A stretch of DNA of 64,000 nucleotides from the NCBI GenBank assembly GCA_035084275.1, contig CM068744.1, forward strand, positions 13,330,001 through 13,394,000. Direction: 5' to 3'. The notes beneath the pieces were generated by a model. The model saw nothing but the letters and a program-made list of their open reading frames with translations. It was not told the origin of the DNA and did not search any database. The position numbers and the translations under genes were made by a program. This document shows, in pieces, positions 40,548 to 53,398 of this stretch (position 1 is its first letter; every line of letters begins with the position of its first letter). Source of the stretch: Hydrolagus colliei. Taxonomy: Eukaryota.

Positions 40548-42541
40548 GGCTAAGGTGTTTGCAAGGTTAGATTGAGTACATTTTGATAAGGTTGGGAGTA
40601 CGGGGTCAATGCAACAGGGAGGATGGTGATAATATTTAGGATAAGAGAACTTAGATGAGCTCTAACTAAAGTACTATAGAATATTGATTGTTCCCAAATA
40701 ATATTCAAATATTATAAAGTATTCCATTTTGCTTTGTCAATGTATGGTTTGATTATGCACCCATAATATAACTGTGCATTTGTTTTTCTTTGTAAAGAAA
40801 GTGTAAACAGGAACAATATGCATTATTTTTCCTTCTGTTGATTTATCTGAAGTAAGAGCACCACCAAGTGGAAGGTCTCAGTTGGTATTTCCATGCACAT
40901 AATATAATACCAACAAAAGTAAATATAAATTGTGTACGTACACTTCATTCAGGAAAATTGTTAACAATTCTCAATGTATTGCTTTGACGTAAAAATTACC
41001 ACATCATGATGTGTGTCAGTCAATACATGCAATTTTTAATCCAATTCATGAAAAGAATGATGAACAGCTGTTATTGATTTTATCATCTCTGTGATAGAGG
41101 TCATTGCCAATGGCATCACTCCGCCATCCGCCCACTCACCCACCAGATACATACATATACATACATCTTTGTAAACCCGGGTACATATACACGCACACAC
41201 ACACAATTTCAGCCTAACTCAGTTGGTAACAATCAACTCTATCAGAAACCTGTCATCTTTTTCTGAGAATGTAAGTTTCTTTGATTTCTTTAAAATTTCT
41301 GACTGAGTAACTCTAAACGTTTATTGGCATGTTTCCCCATCACCTTCCTTGCTATCACTGATCAATGAGCAATCAGCAACCAACCTTTAGAATTGCCTCC
41401 TACTATCCCCCATCTCGACTCCTCCTATCTGTTATTATATTCTGCCTTAAAATCTACTTCTTCAACTAAGCTACTACCTTTTCTTTCTTACTCAGCATCT
41501 GACCCTGTCATTTTGAAGCATTCTGAAACATTATCCGAAGTGAAGGTACTATATGAGTCCAAATTATTAATAATAATTCTTGCAAATATAATAATTATTA
41601 TATAATAAAAAGTGCTTCACACAGGTAACTGATTGGGCTGAGTTGAGGATGGTAGGGGAGATGGAAAGATGACTAACAGCGCAATTCAATAGGTAAGTTT
41701 TGAGGCAGACTTTAAAAGTGGGGAAAGAGGGTAGAAGAACTCCAGGACAGAGATCCAAAATGTGAGGACAGAATGGCTGATCCAATGATGGTGGGACTGT
41801 ACGCTGGGACAGGAAGCAAGCCAGAAGCTGTGGGACAGAAAGTGACTATTTGCCCCTTGGGGTCTATACTGGCTATTTGAAAGAACAATCCATTTGTTTC
41901 CTTTCCCCACACCTCTATGAAGCATTACTTTCTAGATATCCATCTAATTCCCAGTGGAAACTAACATTAAGCACTGCACTTGATAGAGTATTCCACGTCT
42001 GAACAATTCTCTGTGTAAAAAAAGTCATCCGTATTCTCCTCCTTTGTTTCCTTGTTAACTACTCTGTACTTTAAATTGATGTCCCCTAGTCACTGACTCA
42101 CAAAGAAAACTAGGTTGACTTTCATGGCATCTTCAAAAGGGAAATCCTACTATTCAATAAGTAATCTTGCCAGCGAGCCCTCAGTTTAATTGTGGCCCAT
42201 ACCAGTTGGCACTGAATTTCCAACAGGTAAGAGTAAAAGTATCGATGTATTGAATGAGGACACTTTTTTTTAAAAAGTTCAGAATACCATCTTCCTCACC
42301 CAAAATAATCATCCTTTGATTTGGTGTAATGTCTCAAAGTTCTTCACAAGATATACTACAAAGTACATTGACAATAATTGTAGGCTAACGTGCTAGCCAG
42401 TTTATGAAGGGCAATGCCCCACAAATAACCATCCATAACTAACAAATTTATTTGGCGATTGTTGGCCAGGACACTTGGAGAAACTTCACTTTTTTTTGAT
42501 AGTTCCATGGGAATTTTAATGTCCATCTGAACAGGTATACG

Positions 42542-42735
42542 CAGTGGTGGCCAACCCATGGTCCACAGAATTAAAGTGGCCCTCAAAGGCATCAATAAAT
42601 TGTCAGCAAAACATTCTGCGTAAATCTGAGTAAGTCTGTGTTAAATTAATATTTTGTTTCCAGTGGCTATTGAACAGCAATATTTATAGAGTGGCCATAA
42701 ATTGAGAAATATTGGCTGGTCAGTGGCCACCACTG
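42542..42735. mobile_element. hAT-like MITE inserted in a SacSINE1-like element
   Basis: Perfect 12-bp TIR CAGTGGTGGCCA / TGGCCACCACTG; no clear TSD. Confidence 0.65.
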
Positions 42736-42756
42736 GTTCAACAACTCATAAATACT

Positions 42757-43059
42757 AATATCCTTGCATTTGATACAGCACTTTTCACATCTTCTAGACA
42801 TCTCAAAGTGCTTCACAGAATATACTGTAAAGTGAATTGACTGTATATTTTGTGGGAGAAACACAGCAGCCAATTGCACACAGCAGTGTCCCACAAACAG
42901 TCATGGATTGAAATAACCATGAAATTTTTTTTTTTTTGAGGGATTTTTATCAGGTGTGCGGAGTAAGGTAACTTGCCCAAGGTTTCGCCCTGCCAGGAAA
43001 CGAACCAAGGTCTCTCGCTTGCAAGGCAAGGTGCTTTCACCATTGAGCTACAGAACTCC
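42757..43059 (-). mobile_element. tRNA-headed Deu SINE, short form
   Basis: Collinear reverse copy. Confidence 0.92.
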
Positions 43060-43171
43060 ACAGGAAGTGCTGTCATCCAAATGATCTGCTGGTGAATGTT
43101 TTTTTTAAACAGGCAGCCGGGTGTCTGACTACACTCTGTCATTACTGCATTGGGGTGGCTTCTAGTCTTCT

Positions 43172-43449
43172 TGCTCAGTGGTTAGAGCACTCAATTCGCA
43201 AGCAAGAGATCGGGGTCATATTCCCAGCAGGGCGAAATGTTGGGCAAGTTTCTTTACTCCACACACCTCTGTTTACCTAGCAGGAAGTAGGAACCCAGGT
43301 GTTAGTTGATTAGCAGATTGCATTTAATAATCTGTAAAAAAAAACAAATAATAATTTAGTCAATCAATCCATGGCTGTTTGTGGGACATTGTTGTAGGCT
43401 GCTGCATTTCACCCTAATGCACTATCAATGCAAGGATTATTATTATTAT
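43172..43449 (+). mobile_element. tRNA-headed Deu SINE, long form, 3' part deleted
   Basis: Same extra segment; lies head-to-head with the 42757-43059 copy. Confidence 0.85.
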
Positions 43450-45439
43450 AAAAATTCCAGGTCTTAGAGTGGTGTTTGAACCCACAACCTTCTGACTGAG
43501 CGACAATAGTGCTACCGATTGACCAGGCAGTACAATCCTCCCCCATGTGTTACTAATTCACATAATGTACTCAGTGCACTTTATTGTTTCCTAGAATATG
43601 ACAAATTGGACCCCTATCGCACATTCCACCACTGGAGAAACTAGAGGCTTCCAAGACTGCAACGATTCCTCACCTTATAACAACAACAAGATTACATTTG
43701 TATAATGCCTTTCACATTGGGAGGATGTCCCAAGGCACTGGATTCCAAAAGACTATCTGGTGAGAGAGAGATGTTCTTCGCCTTGCTTGAGCAATACAAC
43801 ATCAATCATTGTATAGAAATAAGCTTGTTAGCTGCTTATATTAGGATAACATTCCAGGAAGCTTAGCTGGTTGAAGATAAGTTTTGAGACCTGAGTGTTC
43901 TTGTTTTGAGTCCTGGTGAGGCTATTCAGCCCTCTACCCCTTGGAGATGGATAAAATATGAACCAGGTCTAAAAACTATGTTCCTAGAGGGGATAGGAAA
44001 GTAGGCCTCCTCAGGCTCAACAGGTTTCAAGAAGGCAGTTCTGTAATAATCCAAGACAGACTTGGAGCTGTGGGCATGTCCTCCACCCAAAACTGTAAAT
44101 TGGCACAATGGTGATAGTTGGACAAGTGCTGTGCTGAATGTGTCTACCCCCAACTCCCTCATAATAAAATAAATAAAATGATATGACCGACCACACCAGC
44201 CTATATGACACATAATAAACAAAGGGATTATGCCATCAACTGGCACAAGCAGATTTAGCACTAACTAATACAATTAATAATATGCACTGTAACCTCAGCA
44301 AACAGAAGTTACATGGGGTAACTAACACATGGAACTGGGATAACTGATTATGACTAAAAATGTTATTGCATTCATATGTTAAAGCTGGAACCCTTTCCAA
44401 CAGCTTGTAGCACTTTGGCCCTTATTAGACTTTGGTACAGTAATAAGTGAATTCCAAACTTGCAGCTTTAGTAAAATGCATCCCAGGGCAGCTTGATTTC
44501 AAACATGATGGTTAACCCTTGCGGGACTCTGTCTGTCTCACTAAGCTGGTGCAGAACCTCATTCCCTGTTGATTCCCAATTATCCTACAAATACTACTAC
44601 CTGGGTCTCATTAACTCTCCCTTGACTCATTGCCCCAATATAATGACCCTACATTATTACTTCCCCACACCCCCCACCTTGGTTACTGATACCTTCATCT
44701 AAATCTTCATCATATCCGGGTTTGGTTACTCCAACACCCTACTCATCAGACTACTGCCGACACAAACGGCAGACCACCCAGATCGCTGCAGTCCAAACAC
44801 TGCCTCTCCAACACCAGGCATTGCAAGCCCATCACCTTTGTCCTCATTTGTCCTACGTTAGCTCCCTCCGCATTTAACAAGGCTGCTCACATGAGGATCT
44901 GGATTAAGCAGCTGGTGCTCAGTAAGCTGTTGAACTTGAGTCTCAAGAACATCAAGGCATCTGGGACTTGACAAGCTGTCCTATAAATGTCCTCCCACTA
45001 CACTAAAGGCCAATGTTCACCAGATAGTTGATGAGGAAACTCTGAGGGTTACCACTGCTGGAGGGCAATACCTGGAGTCTGAGTTTGTTGATACACATTC
45101 ATACGTCCAGAATCTGGAATCCATGTTGATCAGCCTGCAGGGAGGCTGCTTTAAAATCACACCACCAACTTGTGGAACCATTCCTCAATGGGAAGTACTG
45201 AGTTGCAGGCAGCAAGATGATGGCAATGCTCTAACGTATTTCATATTGAGTTGTGTTTTGCACCGGAAAGCTTGTACGTACCGTGCACCTTGTGAGGGCT
45301 CAAACTTGTGCTTTTTGGATGTCAGATGACCAACTAGCGACTATCCTCCTTAGGGTGAGGCAAGCAGGGTCTCATTGGAACTGAACTATCTCAAAGGTGG
45401 CATGTTCAGCAATGGAATGTCAGAATTGAGCCAGCCCCC

Positions 45440-45655
45440 AGCCTAGTCCTGTTCCTGAGCCAGATGGGTCTGCAGTATTCCAGGGCACTGCTGATGACAG
45501 CACAACCAGCCTGGCTCATTGGCAGGACTTGGAAGGGCAGACCAGTCACTAGGGGAGGGAGTTGCCTCACACAGCTCCTGTTAACCCTGCAAGCCAAAGC
45601 CCTAATGGGACAGGTGGTCCTAGCTGAATAAGCAGTTGGAAAGCTTGCCAAACAG
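45440..45655 (+). repeat. Same unclassified repeat family as at 38.4-38.8 kb
   Basis: Shared sequence, visible even in translation (QVLPMSQA.CAVISSALEYCRP.WLRNRT occurs in two ORFs). Confidence 0.8.
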
Positions 45656-45809
45656 ATATGTGTGATCTCAAAATGTTTTATTAATGAACTATAACTACAA
45701 GAAGCCAAACAATATGCAGCCCAAATGTATATATTAACAGCCAAGGGAACAAAATATATTAGCAGCAGATGAAAATCATGCTGAAGCAACAGTATGCCGA
45801 ATTGGAGCG

Positions 45810-46266
45810 TCTTCCCCGGCTCCATTGGCTCCCCGTCCCCCAGAAGATCAAATTCAAGATCCTCATCCTCACTTTCAAGGCCATTCAGGGCCTTGCATCC
45901 TCCTATCTTTCTGAGTTCCTGAGACCCTATGAACTGGCCTGCCCCCTCCATTCAGTGGGCTCCGGTCTGCTCAATGTGCCCCACCCAAACTACCCTACCT
46001 TCGGTGGCTGGGCTTTCAGCCTCTCTACCCCCACACTTTGGAACCCCATCCCACAGTCTCTTCACCTCGCTTCCTCCCTTGCCTTCTTCATGGCCGGTCT
46101 CAAAATCCTTCTCTTCGATCGTGCCTTCTGCAGCCCTCCCAATTCTCTCCGTCCCATCCCCCCTAACCTACCCCTCTCCCTTGCTCGGGTCCTGACCTGA
46201 CTGTTCAGTATCTTAGGACTCCTCCCGACGTGAAGGGTGCTCTATAATTGTAATTTTGTTGTTGTT
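45810..46266 (+). mobile_element. L2 LINE 3' fragment
   Basis: LHWLPVPQKIKFKIL and GGWAFSLS.PTLWN; family B-like tail. Confidence 0.92.
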
Positions 46267-46627
46267 GAAAAAGTATTGAACAATTGAGAAAAATGAAAAA
46301 AGAATTCCTGATGGAGGAATAATTCTAATAATGGTCAGACAGAAAGACTAAAATGCTGAGAAGTGGCAAGACAGTGTCTGCTTATATGCCTTTCTATAAT
46401 CTTCTTAAGAGACTATACAATATGATACATCAACATAAAATGTTGTAAAGTGTAAATATTGAATCAACAGCATACACCTGAAGAACAGACTGCTGTACTG
46501 TTAAGGAGATACCAGGAGAGGTGAAGTACTTACTCTGCAGATACAAATGTCATCACTGCATGTGTCAGACAACCTGGTGACTAAAACAAATTCCCCAGCA
46601 GATCAAATTCTGGATTCTATCGAGCTT

Positions 46628-46885
46628 TGGGTTCGATTCCAGGCAGGTCACGGTGAAACTTTGAGCAAGTTTCCTTATTCCACATGCCTAATAATAATCC
46701 CTCAAAAAAAAACTACATTGGTAATTTCAATCCACGATTGTTTGTGGGACACTACTGTGCACAATTGGCTGCTGCATTTTACCCACACATATATACAGTC
46801 AATTGACTTTACAGTATATTCTGTGAGGCGCTTTGTGACATGTAGAAGACGTGAAAAGCACTAAAATGCAAAGAATATTATTATA
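46628..46885 (+). mobile_element. Deu SINE, 5'-truncated
   Basis: Matches the family from B box to tail. Confidence 0.88.
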
Positions 46886-47564
46886 TTCTCGTCCTCACTT
46901 TCAAATGTTTCCAAGCCTTGCCCCCATTCTACTTGTGATCTGATGCATCCTCTGCTCAGAAATAATTGGCCAACTTCATGTCTGCTGCCCACTGAACTCA
47001 ACCATCAGCCATTCCGCACCCACTCACTGGAACTCCAACTAGGATGCCCTCCATCTGTTCCCACCTTCATAACTTCACTGTAATACCTTTTTCTTCAACT
47101 GAGCTTCCCCAACCCTGTTCCACCATGCCCAGCTTGACCTCCCAGTCAGTCGTGTGAAGCATTTTGAAATATTCTACAACATGAAAGGTGGCATATTACA
47201 TGTAAACTGTTTATTGGTACCCGAGCATACATCCTGCCTGTACACTAGATTTGCAGGATTGATTAGATCTAACATTCAAAAGTGAATAGCATTTTTTTTA
47301 AATGATGTGTTTAGAAGCATATTGATTTTCTCTCAGAATAAATTCAAGCACTGATATGTAGCTCTTCAATCATTTCCTGTTGTCAGTGTGGTTAAAATGT
47401 TCTGATTTCACTGCCCCTTCATGTCCCAGGGCATAATATTCTTGAGAACGTTCATTCTAATCTCTTCTGCATCACCTCACCCTGTGAGTTGTGAGCGCTC
47501 TGAGACGCTGTCCGAGACGCGTGAAGGGTGCTATATAAATCAAAGTTGTTGTTGTTGTTGCAGT

Positions 47565-48165
47565 ACATGATCATTAGACTGGTTCAGGCGAACAAGATTG
47601 TTTTTTAGACTTTTGATCTCATCCTTCCAGAATACTTATCTTACACTCCTTCCCATTTCAGCATCAAGATGCTTCTTCAATGTCCAGCATCCTGGCCTCA
47701 ACCATCCTTCCTGTAACCTGCTCCATTCCTTAATTATGCTTTAAGAAAAGAAAGATTTCCTTATGTCTGTCCTTAAGTTGCTTTTGCAATTCTAAACCTG
47801 TATCCACTTGTTCTATTGTCTCGGTGCATTCAAAAGTAATGTTCTGGGTTACTTTTCTCAATCCCATTTAAAATCTTATAAGGTCCCCTCAGAGATATCT
47901 TCTTTCAAGCCTGAAGAGCCATAGCTTATTTATTCACTGGTCATAGCTCCTTCCACTGGTGACCATCCTCATTTCTCTTCTCTGCAGTCTCTCTGGGACC
48001 TGGACAACCTTCTTATGTTGTGATGATACAACTACGTCCAGTTTTCTAGGTTCAACAAAATCAGAGCACATTACAGCTTGAGTACGACTTCTAGGGATCT
48101 GAATTCAACTGACTCAACAATATAGCCCAGCATTCTGTTGCTTTGTTTACTGCTGCCTCAGAACG
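47565..48165 (-). mobile_element. Old CR1-like LINE 3' fragment
   Basis: Degenerate match to recalled CR1 ORF2 C-terminal and 3' sequence; no intact ORF. Confidence 0.55.
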
Positions 48166-50719
48166 TACAGCAACAACAACAACTCACAGTTATATAGCTC
48201 CCTCCACTCAGGGTAGCATTTCAAAGCGCTTAAATGTGTACCAATGTGTAAAAAGAGTATCAATGTGTTCCAAATCCTGAAATGTTTGAAAGGAAACATT
48301 GTGACGAACATTTCTTACTTGTTGGAATCAAATGGCTATAAACACAAGATTATTGCTAGAATCATAAAGAGGGAGCCTAGAAGACTTTTTACACAAAGGT
48401 TTATTACAATGTGGAAAAAATTATCATAAGCCCAAATTGAAACAATGTCAAACTCTGGCATTTAAACGAGAATTACATGAACACTTTAAAAATGAAGGTA
48501 TATAAGGGTAATGGGGAAAGAGCAGAAAAATTAAATTCAAGTAAATGGTTGCATTGGAAGCCAGCAGGGGACCGAGATCATGTTCGAATGACCTTTGTGT
48601 GGTGATATTTCTGTGAACAGCACTGTAATGGTCATTCACAAACTAATCAACGTTTGGCATTGTTGTCTGTAACGTATCGAAACCCCTCTAACACACTGAA
48701 ACTGATAGTCTTGTAACATGTAATTTTAGTCCAGATGTGATCCTGTTTTGTGAGATTATTTTTAGATCTATTTAGCTGTAGTACTTTTAATTCCATTTAG
48801 TTGCAGTACTTGGTACATGTAGATCAAGCTCATAGAGCCAATTCCTTTAATTCAGCGACCCCCAAACCCATCGCCTATTGGAAAAAGCAAGCAACTACAA
48901 GACAAAGGATAGTCAGCTATTTTGAAAACAATATCTTGTACATATGTAGGTTTGACTTCTAAATAACAAACCTAAATAAAAAAAAGGACTTAGTGAGAAA
49001 TTCTACCTAGGTCTAGATTTACACTGTGTGGCATTTTAGAGCATCCAGAACCTGGCAAATTGTTGAATCCAATCAACTCTTAAGTCATTTTTTTGTAGTT
49101 CTTGAAATAAACTTACAGAAAATCAGCTTCATAAAAAGACTGTATTTAAGAATTTAACACATTCTGGTGCTATGAAATGTGCATACAAAATTTGGAGTAA
49201 ATCTAGACCCAGATGGAATATCTCCCCTATTTTCAAACATAAAAAACATTCAAATGAAGTTAGATGACTCAATTTAATGGATTACAATTATACATTTAAA
49301 CAAATAATTTCTTCAAATATTGTGACAGAACTAATATCACATTTTTTAGGTTCCTTTTCTACCTGAGAAGATTATCATTTCTCTCTATGCACATTCAAAT
49401 TGCAGTGATGTTGTGAAATAAATCTTTCCAACCTGCTTTCAATTCCTGACTTGGAAAAGACAATTTCATGCACACAGCACCTGTAGTGAGAGAGCCAATT
49501 AGCCAGTCTCAATGTGTAAAACTCAGGGTAGTTTCTTACTGAACTTTGGTAGCCAGGAATCGGGTGGCATGGTAAGTGCCTCAAACTCATTCAAGTTTAT
49601 CGGAGTTCAACCACCTGTTTGATAAGAAGTCTGTTTCACACGGTCGTGTGCCAACTTTTTAAAATTAGATTATAACTCCCCAATGATTCCTGGCAAGCAG
49701 CAGACAGGAGCTGCTTCGTGATGGTTAATAATTTAATAATGGGAAAAAATTCCATTTGCTGACCCTTTAACCTTATTGCATTTTCAATTTATTGCACCAC
49801 GTGGAATCAGCTCTGTTGCACAGTCTGTTCTGCAACAGCTGGACTTGTGTATCTGTCAATCCGTGAAGGTGCAGCTCATAATGCTTGTTTATTTGTGAAT
49901 GCTTGAGTTAATATGCTTTATAATAAACAAATTGCTCTCAAAATCAGAGAATCTAGTTTACACGCACTGTGTCTAAAAGTCCAGATTTGATTCATAGCAG
50001 TACATATCTCTTGTAACAAATGAAATGGGCTCTAACATGCGGTAAAAAATTCAGACAATTTTGAAGACTCAAACAGTAAAATTAAAAACATACACCAAAG
50101 GTGGATCCCCACATCCTCCCCACATCCCTCCCCATAACCCTTCATCACTCCTGTCCCGCCCCGCCCCACCCCACCACCCATCACCACCACCCCACTACCA
50201 GCACCACCTTTCTCAGTACAAATGTCTGTAAATGCAAATTACAAATTCAACATTTTGCATGTGGATTCTAGCTTTTCATCACCATTTAGCAGAATGACAG
50301 CTTTGTTGCTCAACAAGCTGCTCAGTGTAAAGTCACTAATCAATGCTATCTGAATCTGCATTCGGTGAACCCAGAAATTAAATGTGTAACCTGGCTTGAT
50401 GGATTTCAGGCTGAGAATGGTGTTGGGAAGGAGGAAAAGAGGTAGCCTCTGGCACATCTCTGTAAATCCTACACAACACTCTCTAAATTTAAACTGAATG
50501 TTATACCCCAATATTGACCAGTATAACCTTCTCTGCTAGATCACTGACGCAAACAAACTTTCATTCATTTAAGATATTAAATAGCTGTCCAGAAAACTTC
50601 TGTCTCTGCATCCTATGTGTATTGAAATTAAGATTCATTACATACAGTGCCTCCTAGAAAATAATAATATTTGTGTTTCACAGCGGAAGGATAACTCTAA
50701 GCTTGCCACACGATTTACT

Positions 50720-51045
50720 GGAAAGTGCACTTTTCTTGAAGGTGAAACCTAGTAGCCAATTTGGATATAGCAAATTCACACAAATAGCCATGAATTGAAT
50801 AAACAATTTTATCATAGGATTGTTGCCATGTCACCTGAAGAAAGTTCCATCTCTTTTCGAATAGTACTACAGGATTTTTAACACACTCGTGACCTCGGTT
50901 TAACATCTCATCCATAGGATGGCACCTACCAAAGATATAGCCCACCACTCAGCACTCTGCTCGTTTGTCAACTGTGTATTCAAGGTCCTGATTTGAACTC
51001 AGAACCTGCTGATTCAGAGACAAGTGCTATCAACTGTGCTATCAG
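50720..51045 (-). mobile_element. Older SacSINE1-like DeuSINE
   Basis: CCTCGGTTTAACATCTCATCC..GGCACC core in reverse orientation. Confidence 0.7.
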
Positions 51046-51316
51046 TTACTCATGCAGTAAGGATTATTTTTCCTTTCTCGTATATATATATATATATGTA
51101 TTTTTTTTAATTGCAAGCCTGGTGTTACATAACCACTACTTCTTGATTTATCTTCTGTCCTCTTTTCAATCTTACACAGTGGGCCTTAGCCTTTGACCTT
51201 GACTTTGTCTTGCTGTCTGTGGCTGTTAGAGCAAAGTTGGAATAAAGCTGGACAACAACAGCAAAAAAGGCTTTTGATATAAAACCCGGTGTCAAGAACT
51301 ACACTTACCTTAAATT

Positions 51317-51412
51317 AAAACAGAAGTTGTTGAGAGCACACAGAGGGTCAGGCAGTATCTATGGAGAGTTAGGAAAGTGAGTTAACGTTTCAGGTCAATG
51401 ACCTTTCATCAA
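51317..51412 (-). mobile_element. Second Penelope-like terminal repeat fragment with a truncated hammerhead ribozyme
   Basis: Minus strand TTGATGA-A-AGGTC(ATT)GACCT-GAAA-CGTT-AACT; flanked by a 13-bp direct repeat ACACTTACCTTAA. Confidence 0.7.
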
Positions 51413-51438
51413 TCAAATTAATCTTATCTAACACTTAC

Positions 51439-51508
51439 CTTAATCTTATCGATGGGTTGAATTTGAAAGGCTCTTGTTGGAAAGAGGAACTTATTTAAGT
51501 AATATTGT
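51439..51508 (-). CDS. Putative coding exon C (RQYYLNKFLFPTRAFQIQPIDKIK)
   Basis: Acceptor tcttttttgtcagttctcAG and consensus donor AAG|GTAAGT; 70 nt; phase 2-0. Confidence 0.6.
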
Positions 51509-52731
51509 CTGAGAACTGACAAAAAAGATCATCGCATGAATGATAAATAAGTCAGCACAAGTTTAAACAGTTCAGTGTGAGGTTGGAGTCTGAATATATC
51601 CATAAGATGCTCTTGCCCCATTATAATGTTTCTACTGGTGTCTGATATAAAACAGTTGATAGTTTGCAAAGTGCCATTAACATGTTGCAGGGATCTCTAC
51701 AATTAAATTGATACAACTTTCGAGCACAGCATGTGAAGGAGTGCAAACTGGTAGATTATCCACAGATTATAAACTAAATTCATAACTCACTGATCTGTTG
51801 TGAGAATTGTACTCGGTTCCAGCTGTGAACTTTCTTTACATCTGGAACATTAATAGGCAGAACTAAAGTGTTTACTTAAGTATGCTGGAGTTGAAACAAT
51901 TCCTGCAGAATTTCAAAGCATATATTTTCACCACCAGAAGCTGAAATATATTAAATCAGGAAGAAATCTTTTGTTTAGGAATACTGCAGTTTTTACCCTT
52001 TCCACACTTCACCCCAAATTGAATCCTGATACTTGGATGTATCTGTTGTCTCTTTCTTTGAAATTGAAATCAGAGACAAGAAACTAATGCAGAGATTATT
52101 GTATGAGGACTACCAATTCCAGAGAATGTAAGTGTGAACTTGAAATGGGTGGGGTAAAAACAGCAGAAGACTGAAGACAAAGTGAGTAAAACCTGTATGT
52201 ACTGTACCGTATTGTTACTGTTACCTATTGTTTTCCTCCACACTCATCACACTTCACAGAAAACTATGAGAAGCACTTTGTGATGTTTTCATATTGATAA
52301 GGTGCTAAATCAAATGCAACAAAGAATACTGTATTACTGAATCATGATATAAACATGATAAATTTGCAGGACATATTGCATGATCAATCGATTCAAGTTC
52401 ATTGTACTGTACTGAGCACCAGTCAAAATCTCGATGTAATGTTTACAGAAGTTGAGGGAGGAATATTTTCAAAACATATTCGTGATGTTTCTTAATTAGT
52501 GAATGGATTATTTTTAGATAATTATTTTTAGAGATTTGGACCATTATCTTTATTGCTCTGTATATTACCCTGAATATGGCTGTACCCAACAGGTGATGTT
52601 CTCTCCTTCCATGTATCTCACACTAAACAATCAACATTAGTCAACCCACAATGATCACATACAGGAAGAAGATCAAATTTGACAATCAAATTGTCCATAT
52701 CTACCTCTCTGAGAGCCTTGACTGATATCAC

Positions 52732-52765
52732 CTTCCATCTCCCCATTGCAGCGAATACTTTCTTG
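52732..52765 (-). CDS. Putative coding exon B (PRKYSLQWGDGR)
   Basis: Strong acceptor ctattttcatcttctccAG and AAG|GTGATA donor; 34 nt; phase 1-2 joins exons A and C. Confidence 0.5.
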
Positions 52766-53398
52766 CTGGAGAAGATGAAAATAGCGTGACAAGGAAGATG
52801 AAGTTCAGGGATCTCACTGCAACTCTCGTATAAATTCTTTATTGGTTACTCTTAATGTACTCGTGTTTTCTTTCTTCCATTCCGGCACAGTGGCTAACAA
52901 ACTGTGATTTTAAGACAATCTGGTCCATCTTGCAACATTTCTCTCACTGACAAATACAGCGAGTTGTTGGTGTCAGTTCAGTTGGTGGCAATCTCGCCTC
53001 TAATTCAAAAGATTGTGAGTTCAGAAAATAGTGAATAAAGCACATTGGGACTTTGATCTCATGTAGTCTAGGCTGACATTTCAGTGAAGGAGCTAGGGGT
53101 GTGCTACATTGTCAGAGCTGCTATTCTTTAAATAAAATATTAAACTTAGGTACCGTGCCTTGGGACAGGCTCCCAATGCGAACAGTGCTATATAAATGTA
53201 ATTTTTTGTTTGATGAAATCCTATATACAGTAGTTCCTCTGCTAATATTTTATTCCAAGTGCAATTTTTGAATCCTGTCATAGTGAGAATGGCACTTCAA
53301 TATATTTTTTTTTGTGGGCATGTTAATGGGAAATGTTCTACATTGGAACTTTGCCTTCCAAGATGAGGAATAAGCTTACCCTAACACATTTCACTTAC

